Made by a program: the position numbers and the translations under genes. Shown here one piece after another: positions 20,934-32,170 of a stretch of 41,462 bases of DNA (position 1 is the stretch's first letter; every line of letters starts with the position of its first letter). The notes beneath the pieces are model-generated. The model did no database searches, was not told where the DNA came from, and saw only the letters and a list, made by a program, of their open reading frames with translations. Source of the stretch: Sarea resinae (Eukaryota). The DNA is taken from the NCBI GenBank assembly GCA_026026165.1, contig JAPEUD010000079.1:62001-103462 (forward strand), in the 5' to 3' direction.

Positions 20934-22663
20934 TCTCGCAGCGGTACGCGTTTGAACAGCAGGTTCATCAGTGATGGATCAGCGATGATCAGGGCAGTCA
21001 GAGCTTTGTGACTTTTCACTCCCGTCCATAGCCCGCGGCTTGGACTGGGGGTCGATATCGATATCTGGCGTTCGGTGATGGGCGACGGAGCAGTTGCACT
21101 GGACCAAGGTGATTCCCAGCACGATCTCACTGGATGGTATAAAGGATTTTCAAATCAGAATATATATGTTTGCAGTCTCTTCTGAGCTTCTCTCCATGCT
21201 CCCATGCTCCCAATCAACGACTACGAAGAACGCACTTCGGTGGTTGCCTTCTGCCCACCTCTGGCCCCGAACATTTCGGTTGGACACCTGCAAGGGTCCA
21301 ACCTTGTCCACATCAGGGCAGCGAGTAGCACATACGAATTCGTACATAGTAGTAGATGGATAAGGTAGCCTGTGCGACATATCAGTGGGAACGTTGGAAT
21401 TGGCTTGACCGGTAAAAGGAAATTGGCAACGACGTTCGGAACGATGGGGGTCTGATGATGGTGATGGGTCGACATCTGTCAAACATACATAGTAGAGTCG
21501 GCCACAGGCATCCATGATACCATAGGAGCGTCCATTACTTCCAGTACTAACCTCATGGAAGTCTACCTTACTATGTACAGCTTCTCCCGCTGTTCACGTA
21601 GGTAAATCCCGAGCGACTGCCGGGCAACTACGAAGTACTACCTTCGTATCTTGCTTCCTACCCGGCCCAGATCTAGGTCGGCTCCGCATGAGTACGAGTA
21701 CCTAGACACCTACAATACATAGGTACCTAGTGTGCATCAAATCTATCACAATGGCCTTGACGGTAGAGACAAATACTGTAGAACGGCTGCAGGAGAACGG
21801 ACCGACACACACAGCCCGAGCATCCATACCTCCACTGCATCTCCGAGCCTTTGCATACAATTGGTCCGCAGTAGTTCATCGTACATACCATGAATCCTAA
21901 GAGTGCCAGTAGATCGAAAAGTACAGCACAAGTAGACAGTTCTGCACTAGGCCTCTCTTGCCGATCACCTCGACCTAAATGACTAGGTACTAATGTACTC
22001 CGGTAAATGTATCCTTGGATGGCGCTCTCCTGAAGTACTCGAGTACGCCCTAAGCAGGGTTGAAGGGGCCCTGAATGCGGGGTTCAACACTGTACCGCAC
22101 CGCACCGCACTGCATTGTATCCATCCATGGGGTGCAATGTCATGGCGGTCCTCTGGCTTATTACGACTATCGATCCCACCGCCGTTTGCTATTGATCGAA
22201 CCAACAGAGGTCGAGCAGAGCTAGAGTACAGTAGTCTTCTGATCCATCACTCCGCAGTCTCCGTTCTGCCCCCACAATGTCATCAGATGAGGCTCTAGCT
22301 GGCAGATTCATCTGAATAGCCAATTCGGCCTACGCTGTACTTATCTATTCCTATACCCGGGCAATTGTGACGTCTGAGCCGCAGATGTACTTTGCAGAAC
22401 GAAGAGACAGCTTTGCAACCTGCCAAGCGCCCACGATTGTGAAGTCACTGAAGTGGGGGTTTGTTGCTGCATCGCAGGGACAGTAGCTGCATCTGCGGAT
22501 GAGAATTCGCCGCCTTCACAACCGAAGCTTGAGCCGCACTGCGCAGTATCTTTTTATTTAGTTGCTCATGCCCCATGCCTAAGTATCTTCTGTTTTCAGA
22601 TGCGAGGAACCGTCTCTTACCGGCTACTGTCAACCGTTGCTGAGAACGCTGCATCCTGCGACC

Positions 22664-24705
22664 ATGGTGTTCTACGCACCAACAGGGCAAGCTGCCGAGC
22701 TGCCTTATGAGGTTCCAGAATCACTCGCCATTTGCGAATTCTTGTGGACCGAGCACTATGAGCGAAATCCTCTGGGCTATTCAAGGCCACCTTTCGTGTG
22801 TGGTCTTTCAGGAAAAGAGTACTCGGCCCTCGAAGTGCGGGATCGGGTCGACCATCTCGCCCGGTCACTATCTACCGACCTTGGTTGGCATCCAAATGAA
22901 AGTTCTGAATGGGACAAGGTCGTGGCGATCTTCGGTCTCAATACCGTAGGCTGTCCTCTTTTTCGAGTAATCAGCCGTAGCTAATGTGTGCTCCTAGATT
23001 GATACCCCAACGCTTGCCTGGGCTGTTCATCGACTGTCTGGAATCGTGACTCCAATCAACGCCGCATACTCCGCCCCCGAGGTCACTCATCAGCTCAAAG
23101 CTTCGGGTGCCAAAGCTCTCTTCACCTGTGTGCCGCTGCTACCTCTGGCACGCGAAGCCGCGCAGCAGGCAGGGATCCCACAAGATAAGGTTTATCTAAT
23201 TGATCTGCCTGTCGAGATAACGGGGCAAACGTCTCTATCAAATGAGTTCAAGACAGTCAACCAGCTGATTCAGGCTGGCGAGAAGCTACCGCGTTTAGAG
23301 GCCTTGAAGTGGGCCGAACACCAAGGGTCGACTCAGGTTGCCTTTCTATCTTACTCCAGTGGTACTTCTGGTTTGCCGGTAAGTCTCTATCGAAGGTAAA
23401 TTGACACCGTATCTAATCTGGCCTTGTGAATTACAGAAAGGCGTAATGGTATCACATCGCAATATCATTTGCAACGTATTACAAATCACAGCCCAAGAAA
23501 AGCCGTACCGAGACACCCAAAAGGGCCTTGGTAACGTGTCAGACTACACGGAGATCCAGCTGGGCTTATTACCGCAAAGTCATATTTATGGATTAACTTT
23601 TCTCTGTCATCTTTCCGCTTATAGAGGAGACAGCGTCATCGTGTTCCCAAAATTCGAACTGCAACAGATACTCAACTCTGTCCAGCAATTCAGGATCAAC
23701 ACACTGTTCCTGGTAAGTTTCGGCCCGTGGCTCTCTTTCATGGACCATTGGCATTAGATCGCAAAGTTGACCTAGATAGGTACCACCTATCATCATAGCC
23801 ATGACGAAGAATAAAAAGCTGGTAGACAAGTATGACCTGTCCAGCGTGACTTGTATATATACCGGAGCCGCCCCACTTGGGGTTGAGACGGCCGAGGAAG
23901 TCCACCAGCAGTATCCATCATGGAAGATTAGGCAAGGCTATGGTACGCCAAACCTCATCGCCTTTGACTCAGACCAAGATGCTAAAGTAGCGGAATCTAG
24001 GCCTTACCGAATCGTCACCAGTCATCAGCTCAACGCCACATACCGACATAGTATACGGATCATCTGGCTGCCTCCTTCCTTTGACGGAAGCACGTCTTGT
24101 GTCTCTTGAAGGCAATGAAATCACTGGCTATGATCAGCCTGGAGAACTTCTTGTAAAAGCGCCCAACGTTGTACTCGGATATTACGAAAACGAAAAGGCG
24201 ACTAGGGAGACCTTCCAGGATGGCTGGCTACGCACTGGCGATGAAGTCTTGATCCGAAAGTCCCCTCAAGGAAACGAGCACATATTTGTGATTGATCGGA
24301 TCAAGGAATTGATCAAGGTCAAAGTAAGTCATGAAAGGAGGGAACTTTTCTCGGTCCTTCGACTAATATTTGCAGGGCTTCCAAGTCGCCCCGGCCGAGC
24401 TCGAAGATCATCTATTATCGCACCATTCTGTGGCAGATGCGGCAGTAGTACCGATCCCAGACGACAAGGCTGGTGAGTTGCCGAAGGCGTTCATTGTCAA
24501 GTCGCCCTCAGTGGGTATTGAGGAGAACGAGAGGGTCCTGAAGAGAGACATTAGCAAATGGGTAGAAGAGCACATGGCAAAGTACAAGTGGCTCCGTGGT
24601 GGCATCGAGTTTGTTGATGCTATCCCGAGGAGCCCGAGCGGGAAGATCCTAAGGAGATTGCTAAGAGACCAGCATCCAGGGAGGAAGCCCGTCGCTAAGA
24701 TGTAA
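22664..24705 (+). CDS. AMP-binding acyl/aryl-CoA ligase (phenylacetyl-CoA ligase / 4-coumarate-CoA ligase-like), about 584 aa, with PTS1-like C-terminus
   Basis: Exons 22664-22945, 22998-23378, 23437-23712, 23780-23942, 24001-24323, 24376-24705 (1755 nt). Motifs YSSGTSGLPKGV, LPQSHIYGL, TGAAPLG, QGYGLTE, WLRTGD, DRIKELIKVKGFQVAPAELE and PRSPSGKILRR; the protein ends in AKM. Confidence 0.94.
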
Positions 24706-25129
24706 AAGAAGGCATGGAATTTATGAAAGGTTTACGACTGAGGAACTTTGAGCGAAGGCAATAGAACAGATGTATCTACATCTGGAGCCACGACTACTGA
24801 GTGTATATATGTTAAATAGTTGCAATATATTGACACTCAACGAGAAGAAAAACGACGTTACCATTCAGTAGTCATGTCGAGGATAATGTTTGTCTCGTTT
24901 GCACGAGATGACGCGCGAAGCGAAAATGTCCCACTAGATAGCAGTTCAGCAAAACATTTCTAAGCAGCGCTGGAGAAACACTCAACACCATAAACTTGAT
25001 CGTCCTCTGTCAAATCATCACCACCATCATCATCATCACTCCTTTGCAGTTCTTCAAGTTGCGCAATCTTTCCTTACCAAGATCGGCTCGTCATTCCCTG
25101 CGGTGCTCTTCTCGCCGTAAGACGCCGCC

Positions 25130-26761
25130 ATGTCGGCTTCCAACATGCCCCACCAAGAGGAGCCGCCCGAGGACGAAGGAGACGTCATGCTCGACCCCGC
25201 CGAAGCGGGCGAAGAAATTCCCGAAGACGAGGACTTCCCAATGGGCTCTGATGGCGAGGACGAGGAGGAAGACCCTTCTGCAACTCTGGAAGAGATTCAA
25301 CTCCAAAACGACTCCGTCGCCCACTTCGACGCCCATAAAGACAGCATCTTCTGCATCGCCCAGCATCCCATCCACCCTGAAATCGTCGCCACCGGTGCTG
25401 GTGATGACACGGCCTACATATTTGACGCTACTCCTCCCGAAACTCCCGTCCTACCCGCTAGCTATCAATCTGCACCGTCTACGCAACCACAAGAGCGCGA
25501 TTCCCTCCGCGCCATCTATAAATGCGAAGGCCACACCGATTCCGTAAACGCTATCACCTTCACCCTTCCCAGAGGCGAATACGTCCTCACCGCAGGGCTA
25601 GACGGCCGCCTCCGCGCCTACAAAGACGCCTCATCCTCCCTCAACGGCCAGAACTGGACCTTCCTATCCACCGTCCAAGAAGTCGAGGAGATCAACTGGC
25701 TAATACCCTGCCCACATCCCTCCTATCCGAATACGATCGCCCTAGGTGCCAATGACGGCTCTGTCTGGATCTATACCGTCAACGCCGCTGACACGGCCAG
25801 TCCTCTGACCATTGTGCAAGCTTTCTACCTCCATACCGAATCCTGTACCGCGGGCGCCTGGTCTCCAGACGGCAAGCTCCTCGCCACCGTCTCGGAAGAC
25901 TCCAGCCTCTACGTGTGGGACGTGTTCTCGGAAGCCGCAGCGGCCGGGCTGACGCAGACCGAGGGCTCATCAGGCGGCCAGACCGTCGTGGGCCTCACCG
26001 CAGCAGACCAGCGCTTCGCCGTCGAAGGCGGCCTCTACAGCGTCGCCATCTCGCCTACAGGCACCTTCGTCGTGGTCGGCGGCGCAGAAGGAGGCATCCG
26101 CGTCATCGGCCTCCCCCGAATCGGCGCCCTTACGTCTTCGTCCACGGGCGCGCGCGGCTCCGGTGCGGCCAGCAAATCCGCAGGCGGCAAGCGCAGCGGC
26201 GGTCCCAACAATCTCTCCACCTCCTCGAGCCCGAGCGCAGGCCAAGCCGGCACGATCCTCGCCGCGCTGCAATCGCAATCGGACGGCATCGAAACGCTGT
26301 CGTTCTCGTCGCCTCCGCTGACGCTGTTGGCGGCCGGCAGCGTCGACGGCAGTATTACTCTCTTCGACACGGCGCATCGCTTCGCCGTGCGCCGACACAT
26401 CAAGGACGCGCACGAGGAGTTCGCCGTCGTCAAGGTCGATTTCGTCCGGCCGGCTGGTGGCGCACAGGCCCAGGCTCAAGCCCAGGCCCCGGCTGCCGGC
26501 GCCGCCACAGCGAGCAGTAGCGCCAGTGGCGGCTGGCTGCTCACGTCGTGCGGCATGGACGGCGTGGTGCGGCGCTGGGACACGCGCGGCGGCACCGCGG
26601 CCGCGGGCCAGGGCCTCGTGGGCGAGTGGAGGGGTCACAGGGGCGATGGCGAGGGAGGCGGGGTCCTGGGGTTCGTTCAGGGCGGTAGAGGGGGCCGGGA
26701 TATAGTTACTGCGGGCGATGACGGCGTGAGTTTGGTTTTTGATGCGTCTTCTACCGCATAA
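25130..26761 (+). CDS. SQT1: WD40 beta-propeller 60S ribosome assembly factor (Rpl10/uL16 chaperone, Sqt1/AAMP family), 543 aa, intronless
   Basis: Acidic N-terminus followed by NDSVAHFDAHKDSIFCIAQHP, ATGAGDD, GHTDSVNAITF, TAGLDG, EVEEINWL and GANDGSVW, then further WD repeats ending VTAGDDGVSLVF. Confidence 0.88.
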   Translation: MSASNMPHQEEPPEDEGDVMLDPAEAGEEIPEDEDFPMGSDGEDEEEDPSATLEEIQLQNDSVAHFDAHKDSIFCIAQHPIHPEIVATGAGDDTAYIFDATPPETPVLPASYQSAPSTQPQERDSLRAIYKCEGHTDSVNAITFTLPRGEYVLTAGLDGRLRAYKDASSSLNGQNWTFLSTVQEVEEINWLIPCPHPSYPNTIALGANDGSVWIYTVNAADTASPLTIVQAFYLHTESCTAGAWSPDGKLLATVSEDSSLYVWDVFSEAAAAGLTQTEGSSGGQTVVGLTAADQRFAVEGGLYSVAISPTGTFVVVGGAEGGIRVIGLPRIGALTSSSTGARGSGAASKSAGGKRSGGPNNLSTSSSPSAGQAGTILAALQSQSDGIETLSFSSPPLTLLAAGSVDGSITLFDTAHRFAVRRHIKDAHEEFAVVKVDFVRPAGGAQAQAQAQAPAAGAATASSSASGGWLLTSCGMDGVVRRWDTRGGTAAAGQGLVGEWRGHRGDGEGGGVLGFVQGGRGGRDIVTAGDDGVSLVFDASSTA

Positions 26762-28280
26762 GGAAGGAGGGACAGGAAGGAAGGGCAGAAAAAGAAGAGA
26801 TCAGATGCCACAAGATAGAAAGCCACCTACCTTAGTCGGCTGCATCTTGTTTGTCGTGTATACCATATTTATGATGTCAGAATTCACGTCTACATTTTCC
26901 GTGCCGTAGAGGACGTCTTTACTCAGTATGGTCCAAGGTCTTCTAGACTCGGTCTTCTACTCTCACTTTCACTTTCGTTTCCAGTGCCCTCGTATCACGG
27001 CCCATGAAGTGCACCGAGTTTTGCATGAGAAAAAAAGTAAACAGCGGACAAGCCCACACGGAGCTCGGTCGAGGCTGGTATTATTATAACTATCTAAGGA
27101 ACGAAATGACAGGCTAAGAGACACAAGAAGTGAAAAGAATATCTATCTCCTGGCCTCCCTTTCTTTCGAAGGAAAGCGTGGTGAGGAAAAAGGGCAATCG
27201 GAAATCGTGGTCTAGATGAAACGAGCCGAACGTTTTGAACGAGACGGATCAGACGCGGCACTGCTAGATGCGTGATCGCTAGATGTGGCAATATCACCCA
27301 CCGCTGGCTGATTGGCTGGCTGGTATGGGGGTTTTGATCGGCCTGCTGGAGATTTCGCTGGCTGGCAAATGACGATGTGGAGGTGATGGTTGGTGACAGA
27401 CGAACAGCGAGAAGAAGATAGAATGACGAGTTGGAAAACTTGGGGTATCTTGGTGACGGACGTGCGTGATGAGAAGGCTATGTGAGATACTGGCTGGTAT
27501 GTGCACAGTTGGACAGTGTATTTATGTCGCTTGAAAATCATCTCTGAATGCTGTGGCGGGTTGTAGGTAAATGTGCATGACACGGGAAAGCCAGATCCAC
27601 AAGGCGGGCTCGAGGCAGGAGTAGAGAGGCTGTAAAGAATGGGCCAAAGCGAGAACAAGCTCAAACAGGCCCATGTCGATATTATCAGAATCCGAATTCG
27701 AGTTCGCAGTCATAAGAACGTCCAGTAATATCTTCAACTTCGCCACACTGCGAGAACATGGTCGACGACGTATCCCTTCATCCCAACCCTGTCCAGTCCC
27801 CCATCACACAAGCAGCAGCGGTACGCCCAGCTCAGAAAGACCCACGAGGAGAAACTCACTCTGTGGATCCAACGAGGAGCGGTCGCGCGCGCCGGTGATG
27901 GGTTCTTGGAAGGGAGAACGAGGATGGTTTGTCTGAATGCTGATGTCGATGCAGAAGGTGCGGAGCTGGAAAGCTGGTCTACCTGGATGACGGACTAATT
28001 TGGCGGCTATCGGCCTAGATCATCGTGCCAAAGGAAATACTGATCGACCTTCCGAATAAAGATGTGTGGTTGGATGTGTCGCCCGTTGTGTGCATGCGCC
28101 AGAGAGATAAAACGCCTGAACTCCCGTAACATTCTCCGATGATCATGATCTTTATCATGAGCCGTTTATATCGCTTTTCTGCTTCGTTATTTCGTATAGC
28201 TCATCGAACAAAGACTGTTCCCAACGCCACCGTTATCCTTCATCTTCATACCTCCACCTTCGGACTTTCTGCAGCAGCGA

Positions 28281-31200
28281 TTAACCAAGTAATGACCTGT
28301 CTATAGACAGCCACCGTTCAACCTGGAATTGCAATTGAGCTACCATCCTCGAGGCTTCTTCTCCAAATAACCATCCCACAAGACCTCCATCTTCCCATCC
28401 TAGATTGGTCATAATTGGTGTATACTGCTTCAATCTGCTTCGCTCTATTATGAGATTTTGGCGAGTAAGATCATTGGCCTCGAGCCACATATGGCGTTCC
28501 TTGACCGTAAAGCTAATATGGTAGAGCACGTAGGCCAGGATAGCTAAGATGAGGAATTGATGAAGGATAAACATCAAGGCGTGATACATAATCAAGAATC
28601 TTGATCTCGGTTGCGGTGCCGATGCCGAAGTGGTGTTTTGGCCGGCCCTTGAAGCGCGAGAGGATCGTGTGAAAGAATACATGAAAGAGCCCAAGAATTC
28701 CGAATAAGAATCTAGCGGAGACGAAGAAGGTTGGGATATTGCGATAAAGAATTCGACATATGATTTCATGCACCATCTGAAAGGAGTGTACATCTTGTTG
28801 AGAAGGATTTCTTGGCGACGTAATTCGTCATTCTCATGTGAGGTTGGGGCATGATTGGTGGATGACTCCAAAACCACTTCGACCACAGCCTCAGTAGGAT
28901 GCTCTGATACTGCCTCGACAACACTTCCTGAGGATTGACCATTCTTGGCAGTCTCGCTTGATATGGAACTCTCAACAGTGGCTGGTGCATCTTCAGGAGC
29001 TTGAAGATCTGCTGAAGTCGCAAGCTTGCCATCATCGGTCTTATCTTTGATTTGTGTTACTTGCGTAGCGTCGACAATGTCGCCAAAAGCAGTCTCCGCA
29101 TTTCCAGGCTGTTCCTCATTCGTCGATGTCGAATTATCCGGCTTCTCTTGTTGTACTACTTTGGGCAAAATCCCGGCGCCTGTCCCCGATTCGAGTTCGC
29201 CAGTAGGCTTCTCCTCGATCTCATGATTGATATCTGATTTCTCATTCTTTGCGTCCGCGGATTCATTCTGGAAAACTTGACTCAATGCAGTCTCTGGTTC
29301 AGGGCTCATGACTGAATGTCTAAGCGACTCGAGAGAAGTTTCTGCCTTGAGTTCCGGCCATTCTGTGCGGGCCGTCTCTTTGCTCCTCTCAGAAAACTTA
29401 CCAGAGGCGGAGTCTGTGCCGTCTCGTTCTTTTGCGGTCATCTTATTGCGCCGTTCTTTCTTTCCAGTGGGATCGTCTTGGTGCAACATAGCATACGCTT
29501 CCTCAAGCATGATGTCCGGAATTGATTTCATCGAGTTGGGGCGCGTCTTGCCCTTCGCAGACTGAGCACTAGGTGGTCCAGTCTCAGAGTCGGCTCTTGT
29601 GTCATCTTCACTCTCCCCGCTACTTTGACCTGAGAACCCTGCCAACTCATCTTCCAGATTTTGCTCATTTCGAGTCTGCTCAAACCTCTTCGAACTCTTT
29701 GGTTCATTTGGGCTCTCTTCTCCACTATCATCAGGCGCTCGATAGATCTGCCTCGCCCAATCTGGGTTCAAACGTTTACGCCGGAGGGATTTGGATTTCC
29801 AGTCGCTGGCCTCAGCCTCTAATTGGTCGACTTGCTTTTCGAGTCGTTCCACCAGATTGTCTTTGGACTCGAGCTGAGCTTCCAGATCGAGACGCGCCAA
29901 ATGCTCATCTTCCATGCTTTGAATTCTCTCCTGGCTCTGAGTCAAAAGTCTGTCAAGTGAGGCCTTCTCCAGAGCCGAAGACGCCGCTTGAGATCTGTAT
30001 GCAGACACTTGCTCCTGAATATTGGTCAACTCCTCTCTGGTTCGGTAAAATTCTTGTTCCAAATCGTGAGTTTTCTCCTTCTCACTTGTAAACTCTTCTT
30101 TCAGGACGTCAATCTTGTTGGCAAGCCTTTTCACTTCGTCTTCGGCACGGTCTGCGTTGCCCTTGAGCTGAACCACTTCCCCTCGCAGCTTCCGAATCTG
30201 AGCATTTTTCTCGGTAAGCTCCTCCTCTTTTTTGTCTAACAGATCTTGAAGCATGCCAGCCTCATCTGAAAGTGTCTGCTTCTCGCGATCGGCTGCATCC
30301 TTCCATGACGAGAGCTTCGCTTCGAACTCCCTGTCCTTGTCCTGCGAGTCTTTCTCCATCGTCTCTCGATATTCTCTTTCTAGCTTGTCGCGCCTTGCTC
30401 CTTCTTCCTCCCGTCCCTGCTTACGCGCTCCGGCAATAGAAAGTATGGACCGACTCGAGACGTGCGAAAGCGCTGGCGTGCCTCGCCTGCTAGGTATTGA
30501 AGGTGCTGGGGTCGCCCGCCTGCGGGGTGCTCGTGATGGTGGTGTCGTCGACTTCCTCGGTCCAATCGATTGTTCTCCAACCTCTATGCCGTGGTTGTCG
30601 GTTCTGGGCGATTCTTCGCTTGAGGAAGTGACTTTTTTGGGGAAGGTGCTACTGAGATATTCACTAGTACGATATTTCGGAGTGAGAATCGCATCATAAT
30701 CTTCGGGGCGTTGGCTGAGGTTCGTCTCTGTAAGGCGATGTGGATGATGGTGAGGTGAGCGTATTGGGAAGGGTTCTGGGGAGATTCGTGAGGTTTGTTG
30801 ATATGAGGTAAGAGGTTGTGGTACATGGAGCGGTAGGGGTACGGGTGCAGGTACATGTGCTTGTACCTCTCGCGGAGCTTCCCGCGCTGCAGTCTCGCTT
30901 GCCATTGCGGGACCTGTCTGACCCTGCGCTATGCCCGATCCATCTACGTGTACTTCTGCGCTTTGATGCGCTTGCGCTTGCGCTTGTGATGTTGTCGTAG
31001 GTGTCGCGGGCTCTTCGTCGCTGAGCGCCAGCCCTTCAAGGACCTTGGCGATTGACGCTGTGGCCTCATCATCCTCGCGAGAGACGCTCTTCTGGGTCGT
31101 CTCTGTCTGTCCTCCCCTTTCTCCAAATGGAGCGAACACGCTTCCCATCTCTTCATCCCGCTCGATCTCGTCATCATGGCTGAGACCGGATCCAGTAGTC

Positions 31201-32033
31201 CTCCTCGATTCGGACCTGTCGCGAGGATGAAGCATTGCTCGGCTCTGGGGCCTGCTGAAGCGATTTGAGCGCGCCTCTTCTCCCGTGTCATTTGCAGACA
31301 CGGGGGGATCTTCCTTGATGAAGGATCCCCAGCTCTCACCGACAAGGGCGGAATGTCGTCTCTTCTTCTCCAGATCATCCTTGTCTAGCCAGTCCATAGT
31401 GTCCTCGGGCGTTCCCGCAACGTTGGGCTCCTGTATGGGCTCTGTGGCCAGCGTAGGCACTACCCCTTCCATCTCGTCCGATCCACATTCGTGGGGTGTG
31501 TTCTTCACGTTCCCCATATCCACATCCATGTTGTCTGGGACTCCCAATGTGGGAGCTTGTGCCCCTTGGATGTCTCTATCTATGTCGCTCCACCCCGAGG
31601 CATTCTGCCACTCATTTGAGTCGGCACTCAAGTGGCTATCGCCCTCATGGCCAGACGATCTGAGCGTCTCGTCTTCAGGCGCTGCGGCCCGCCAAAAGCT
31701 GGGATCTGGGGTCTCGTTTCTCTCGGCAGAACCCATGCTGCTGAGATCGAAGCTGTCGTCACACTCGTCCCCCGGTGCAGCTTCCGGTGAGTTGGCCTTT
31801 GGCGAGGCCAGACGATCCTGATGGTTCGGATCGGCCTCTTCGTTCGGCAAAAATCGCTCTCTCCCCTTTTCCCTCTTCTCTTCATCTACTTCTTGATCAT
31901 CATGGTCCCTCTCCGGACCGCGCCCTCCTTCACCATCCTCCTCCTTGTCGCCTTTCTCGGCCTTTTCTACCTGTGCCTCATTTTCCTGGCTGGCGGGCTT
32001 CTCCATCTCAAGGAGCTCTCGTGTTGAGTCCAT
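28281..32033 (-). CDS. Uncharacterised 1250-aa protein with acidic disordered N-terminus, central coiled coil and C-terminal transmembrane segment
   Basis: 3753-nt uninterrupted ORF with an in-frame TAA just upstream of the ATG. A heptad-like E/K/L/Q-rich stretch spans about 30410-29790, and the hydrophobic segment FLIMYHALMFILHQFLILAILAYVLYHISFTV lies at about 28600-28505. Confidence 0.85.
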   Translation of the reverse strand: MDSTRELLEMEKPASQENEAQVEKAEKGDKEEDGEGGRGPERDHDDQEVDEEKREKGRERFLPNEEADPNHQDRLASPKANSPEAAPGDECDDSFDLSSMGSAERNETPDPSFWRAAAPEDETLRSSGHEGDSHLSADSNEWQNASGWSDIDRDIQGAQAPTLGVPDNMDVDMGNVKNTPHECGSDEMEGVVPTLATEPIQEPNVAGTPEDTMDWLDKDDLEKKRRHSALVGESWGSFIKEDPPVSANDTGEEARSNRFSRPQSRAMLHPRDRSESRRTTGSGLSHDDEIERDEEMGSVFAPFGERGGQTETTQKSVSREDDEATASIAKVLEGLALSDEEPATPTTTSQAQAQAHQSAEVHVDGSGIAQGQTGPAMASETAAREAPREVQAHVPAPVPLPLHVPQPLTSYQQTSRISPEPFPIRSPHHHPHRLTETNLSQRPEDYDAILTPKYRTSEYLSSTFPKKVTSSSEESPRTDNHGIEVGEQSIGPRKSTTPPSRAPRRRATPAPSIPSRRGTPALSHVSSRSILSIAGARKQGREEEGARRDKLEREYRETMEKDSQDKDREFEAKLSSWKDAADREKQTLSDEAGMLQDLLDKKEEELTEKNAQIRKLRGEVVQLKGNADRAEDEVKRLANKIDVLKEEFTSEKEKTHDLEQEFYRTREELTNIQEQVSAYRSQAASSALEKASLDRLLTQSQERIQSMEDEHLARLDLEAQLESKDNLVERLEKQVDQLEAEASDWKSKSLRRKRLNPDWARQIYRAPDDSGEESPNEPKSSKRFEQTRNEQNLEDELAGFSGQSSGESEDDTRADSETGPPSAQSAKGKTRPNSMKSIPDIMLEEAYAMLHQDDPTGKKERRNKMTAKERDGTDSASGKFSERSKETARTEWPELKAETSLESLRHSVMSPEPETALSQVFQNESADAKNEKSDINHEIEEKPTGELESGTGAGILPKVVQQEKPDNSTSTNEEQPGNAETAFGDIVDATQVTQIKDKTDDGKLATSADLQAPEDAPATVESSISSETAKNGQSSGSVVEAVSEHPTEAVVEVVLESSTNHAPTSHENDELRRQEILLNKMYTPFRWCMKSYVEFFIAISQPSSSPLDSYSEFLGSFMYSFTRSSRASRAGQNTTSASAPQPRSRFLIMYHALMFILHQFLILAILAYVLYHISFTVKERHMWLEANDLTRQNLIIERSRLKQYTPIMTNLGWEDGGLVGWLFGEEASRMVAQLQFQVERWLSIDRSLLG

Positions 32034-32130
32034 CTCTTAATGAGGACACGCGGATGATCTCAAAGACTGCCGATAATTGGCTTGAAGGTCTGTATGAGGC
32101 GGAAAGGGAAGATCTGAGGGATGGAGGGAT

Positions 32131-32170
32131 GAAGTGAGGAAGTGAGGAAGTGAGGAAGTGAAGAAGTGAG
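32131..32170. repeat. (GAAGTGAG)5 octamer repeat; pyrimidine-rich on the - strand just upstream of the 1250-aa gene
   Basis: Five tandem units, one of which is the variant GAAGTGAA. Confidence 0.85.

Noticed and set aside
21480..22400. RIP-degraded transposon relic suggested by TpA-rich words
   Set aside because: The region is not AT-rich overall and shows no terminal repeats or transposase/reverse-transcriptase remnants. It is kept only as a GTAC-enrichment observation.
25915..26638. Overlapping and antisense Arg/Ala-rich ORFs of 130-220 aa within SQT1 (similar cases occur in the GEF and GYP2 genes)
   Set aside because: These are expected shadow ORFs in GC3-rich coding DNA, with no recognisable motifs.
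27212..27936. Short ORFs (74-150 aa) and a possible GTGAGT...CGCAG intron on the - strand between SQT1 and the 1250-aa gene
   Set aside because: No coherent spliced model or recognisable domain, and several rely on non-ATG starts. This may be 3' UTR sequence.
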